A stretch of 61,597 nucleotides of DNA, counting the filler, from Vannella sp. (taxonomy: Eukaryota): assembly GCA_023345925.1 (NCBI GenBank). It is 6 parts of 6 records of this genome, joined end to end, with 100 filler letters (N's around TTAATTAATTAA, not from the genome) between each part and the next. Parts side by side here need not be neighbours in the genome. Positions count along the whole stretch, not along the records: positions 57,632 to 61,597 come from JAJQQN010001181.1; 5 more parts are not named here. One strand, given 5' to 3'. Both the position numbers and the translations under genes were made by a program. This document shows positions 58,605-61,597 of this stretch, piece by piece. Below the pieces are notes generated by a model that was given only the letters and a program-made list of their open reading frames with translations, was not told the DNA's origin and did no database searches. How positions within the stretch are numbered: position 1 is the first letter of the stretch; every line of letters begins with the position of its first letter.

Positions 58605-60957
58605 ATGGCGGAGGCGCTCTCGTCCCCCCTTCCTGTCTGTACTGCCCCTTCAGTTCGCCTTCACACGTTGGAGTTCTAACTACCAGGAGCAGGATCTCGT
58701 GTTAGATGCCCTTGAGGATCTCTGTGGTGACTTGCAACTGGAAGCTGGTCACGTTGAGGATCTCCTTGATCTCGCAAGTCGCAATTGGACCACACTTTGT
58801 GATCCAGATGGGAACCTAAAGGGCAGGGCACGTCCTCGCTTGCTTAGGTATGCAGAAAAAGAGAGAAAGGAGCAGCAGAAGAAGGAGGAGGAAGAGAAGA
58901 AGAAGAAGGAGGAAGAGAACATCCTCAGACTGTGGTATCATTTCTGCACTGTTGTTCCCTCGGTAGCTCAGAACTCCTTGTACGAACAGGTGTGGAAGGC
59001 AGCGGTGAAGAGCGATATGCCCAACGATGAAACATTCAAACTTTGTTTGACGTTCAACAGTCAGCGCCAATGGAATAAGGCGATCAAGGATCTTCCCAAA
59101 GCCCCAATCAATACTCCTCTCCAGAGCACTCGCCGTACTACCAACCCCGGCACACCATCAACCAAGTCGGTCGTAGGTTTCTCTATGTTGAGTACGAGGA
59201 TGGCAGATTTGAGGGAGCCGCCTTCACGTGCAACAATTTTCTGCAACGCCACTGAGATTCTGGATGGCTGTTCTCCTGATGCTTTCATAACAGAACTTCA
59301 GGAGCCTGAGAACCTTGGCTTCCTTGGCTCGGTCCTGGATTCTTCTGAATGCGGACTTTTGCGAGATCAAGTGAACACGCTCATGGAGAGCGATGGTGAT
59401 TTTGCGTTCTCGCAGTTGTTCTTAAAGACGAAAGTAGAACACGAAGTGCAGAGGGCAACGCACAAACATCTATCCAGTGAATACCCAGATCTATTGGTGA
59501 AGGATACCTCCGATTCTGACAACTCACCAATGTGCGCGAGTCTCCCGTCCTCAACAGAAAAGCATGGTCTTCATCACCTATGGAATAACCGGATCGATTT
59601 TGCGTCTCCTCTCTTCCCCTGTGGGCTGGAGTTGAAAGATCCAACTACAATTGGGAAGAATCCGCATCTTGATGGATTGCAGCAAGGCCTGAAGCGGATC
59701 CAAGTTTTGACTCAGAGAGCTGCGCACTTGAAGCGCGTGATTATATTTGTCTTGGCTCCTTTTGCTTGCACGATGATAATCGCAGAATCTTCCTTCGAAG
59801 AGACTTTCTTAGAATGGAAAATCCACATGGTGAGCATTCCAGTGAGCCATTTGCTCCCTTTGTGGAGGATCCTCCACCAATATGCTAAAGAATACCCACT
59901 GTGGTTCCTTCATCCGCAAGCGAGTTGCCTCCGTCGTGTAGTACAAGCACTTTGGAGCCCCTCAGTACCTATTGAGCAAAGGGACTCGCGGAAACCGAGA
60001 CCCCCCCCTTTCAGGAAGCCCAGTCCAGTGCTGCCACTCTGCTATTTTTCGATACAGTTCGTTGCGGATTGCTCTTCTAGTACAGTATACCTCATCAACG
60101 GCTCAACTGCCGATCTAGGTAAGAGAAGGATGAGGTTGTTTCGACATGGCCCACAGACTTTTGCGGTGAAAGTCTTCAAGAAGAGATCCGAATATCTCAA
60201 CGAAGTTGTCTGCCTTCACCAAATGGCCAAACGGCTCATTGACAAGGATGCTGAGTCTCTCCCAGAATGGGACAATCCTTCTCGGTTTTACCCTTTGGCT
60301 CATTTCGATTTTGGGTGAGTTCTCCCTCATCTTCAGTTTGGCAGTTCGCATCATTTAATCTCCATTAGTGAGGGCACATCGGAGTGGTTTGAAACTGTTC
60401 CAATGGACCAGCGGGAGAAGAGGCAACTTCCTGATGTCCCCCAGATGGCTTCTCATCTCCGCTTCAATGACCATTACCGAAGCCTTAAGAATGGCGGAGA
60501 GGAGCTCTGGTGGGGTGATCTAGACGACGAACCGGGGGGCGACGGGACTGCATTGATAATGAAGGAGGGTGTGAGTATTCGCCGACACAAACTGACTCAG
60601 AAGGAGTATTATAAGCGAGAAAATAAGATTTGGGATGTGAAGGAAGATCGCCGGCTAGAAAGGCAGATTTGGGATGATGTGACCTCGTGCATGGAGGTTC
60701 TGCACAGCCGCACTTTAGTACACCGCGATATCCGAGAACCCAACATTCTCTTCTTTGGAGATCAAGCGCAACTGATCGATTACGCCTACAGCACCAAACC
60801 CGGTTACACAGAGGAATACCTTGGTACTACTCCTCTTGAACTCCTCGGAACTCCTCAAGCGGTTCGCCGTTGGACCTTTAGGACGGACTACACTCTTTTC
60901 AAAATCGTGCTCCAGAGACTCCAAGAAGGCGAGGACGCCTCTATTGTCAAGCCTTGA
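58605..60957 (+). CDS. Helical header + PD-(D/E)xK nuclease-like domain + atypical protein kinase (Crinkler/CR-effector-like)
   Basis: In-frame introns 58635-58686 and 60315-60368 join ORFs 58699 and 60403. Motifs RIDF..LELK..Q, FAVKVF, YLNEV, HRDIREPNIL, LIDY. Confidence 0.75.
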
Positions 60958-60997
60958 CCTGCTTGGGGCTGATGGACAGAAATTTCCTGTCTGAAAA

Positions 60998-61112
60998 CAA
61001 TTCTGTTGGTCAAAGAAAGCCTAATCTACCTTGCTGCTCACAATCGCAAAAGGCAATTCTGTTGGTCAAAGAAAGCCTTATATGCCTTGCTGCTCACGAT
61101 CGCAAAAGGCAA
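60998..61112 (+). repeat. 56-bp tandem duplication (2 copies)
   Basis: caattctgttggtcaaagaaagcc..ccttgctgctcac.atcgcaaaaggcaa starting at 60998 and 61054. Confidence 0.85.
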
Positions 61113-61597
61113 GCCACGATCGTAGAAGCCAAACACTGCCAAAGATGTCATTAGTGCTCTTGAGAAGGGGTCAGGCAGTAGTCGCATCCTGCAGCTCTTC
61201 TTGATGAATGATGCAAGAGATGATTGATGCAGCAGTGTGTCATGTCTTAGTTAGTTCGCCTCTTTTATTTCTTGTTCTAGCTATTTCACTCTCTTGAATA
61301 GAAGTGTGTCGAATAAAGAGGACTTTATCGGGAAGGAGGCGGTTGTCACTTTGTCGAGAATTCTGATGACTTAACAGATATCTCTCGCACATTTTATTTC
61401 TTCCATGGAAGAATTGATATGATTTCTTCCAATAGAGTCCACGTGGAGACTCGGGTTATTTTACTCTTGGACTTGCTTTCCTGGACTCAATTTTTCACAT
61501 TTTGGCCCTCACATGGAGGAAAAAGATGCGCAGCCAACAAATGGCAAAGAGTATTATTCCTACTGTTGGGCACAAGTGTTTGCCTGATTGGGAATGC

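Overview
Eukaryotic, very gene-dense DNA from a microbial eukaryote. An amoebozoan-like protist is my inference, not something the sequence proves. It uses the standard genetic code and has many short (~40-90 nt) spliceosomal introns. The window is six separate contigs joined by identical artificial 100-nt N/TTAATTAATTAA linkers (8433-8532, 20464-20563, 31634-31733, 51628-51727, 57532-57631), so adjacency across linkers is meaningless. Most genes are housekeeping: a RUN/Rubicon-homology protein, CCT2, an mL45-like protein, PTH2, a PPPDE isopeptidase, a GABA-type aminotransferase, a SET methyltransferase, Mad3, cytochrome b5 reductase, TrpRS, carboxypeptidase Q, a POT transporter, a PKB-like kinase, a Rho GTPase, alpha-tubulin, GH162, a P4-ATPase, NKAP, FANCI, Piwi, CBS, an SLC43-like transporter and a GH3 protein. 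The most unusual items are: (1) an intronless 1177-aa aromatic/basic repeat protein of unknown family that is still expanding by 213-bp duplication; (2) a spliced PD-(D/E)xK nuclease + atypical kinase gene resembling Crinkler/CR effectors; (3) a family of tiny CATGGTTG-ended transposon-like elements, one with an intact 8-bp TSD; (4) CCCTAAA telomere repeats inside genes; (5) a decayed tandem copy of Piwi; (6) a Streptomyces-like tyrosinase with introns; (7) a CAAX-less Rho GTPase. Gene models were spliced by eye and no database searches were run.
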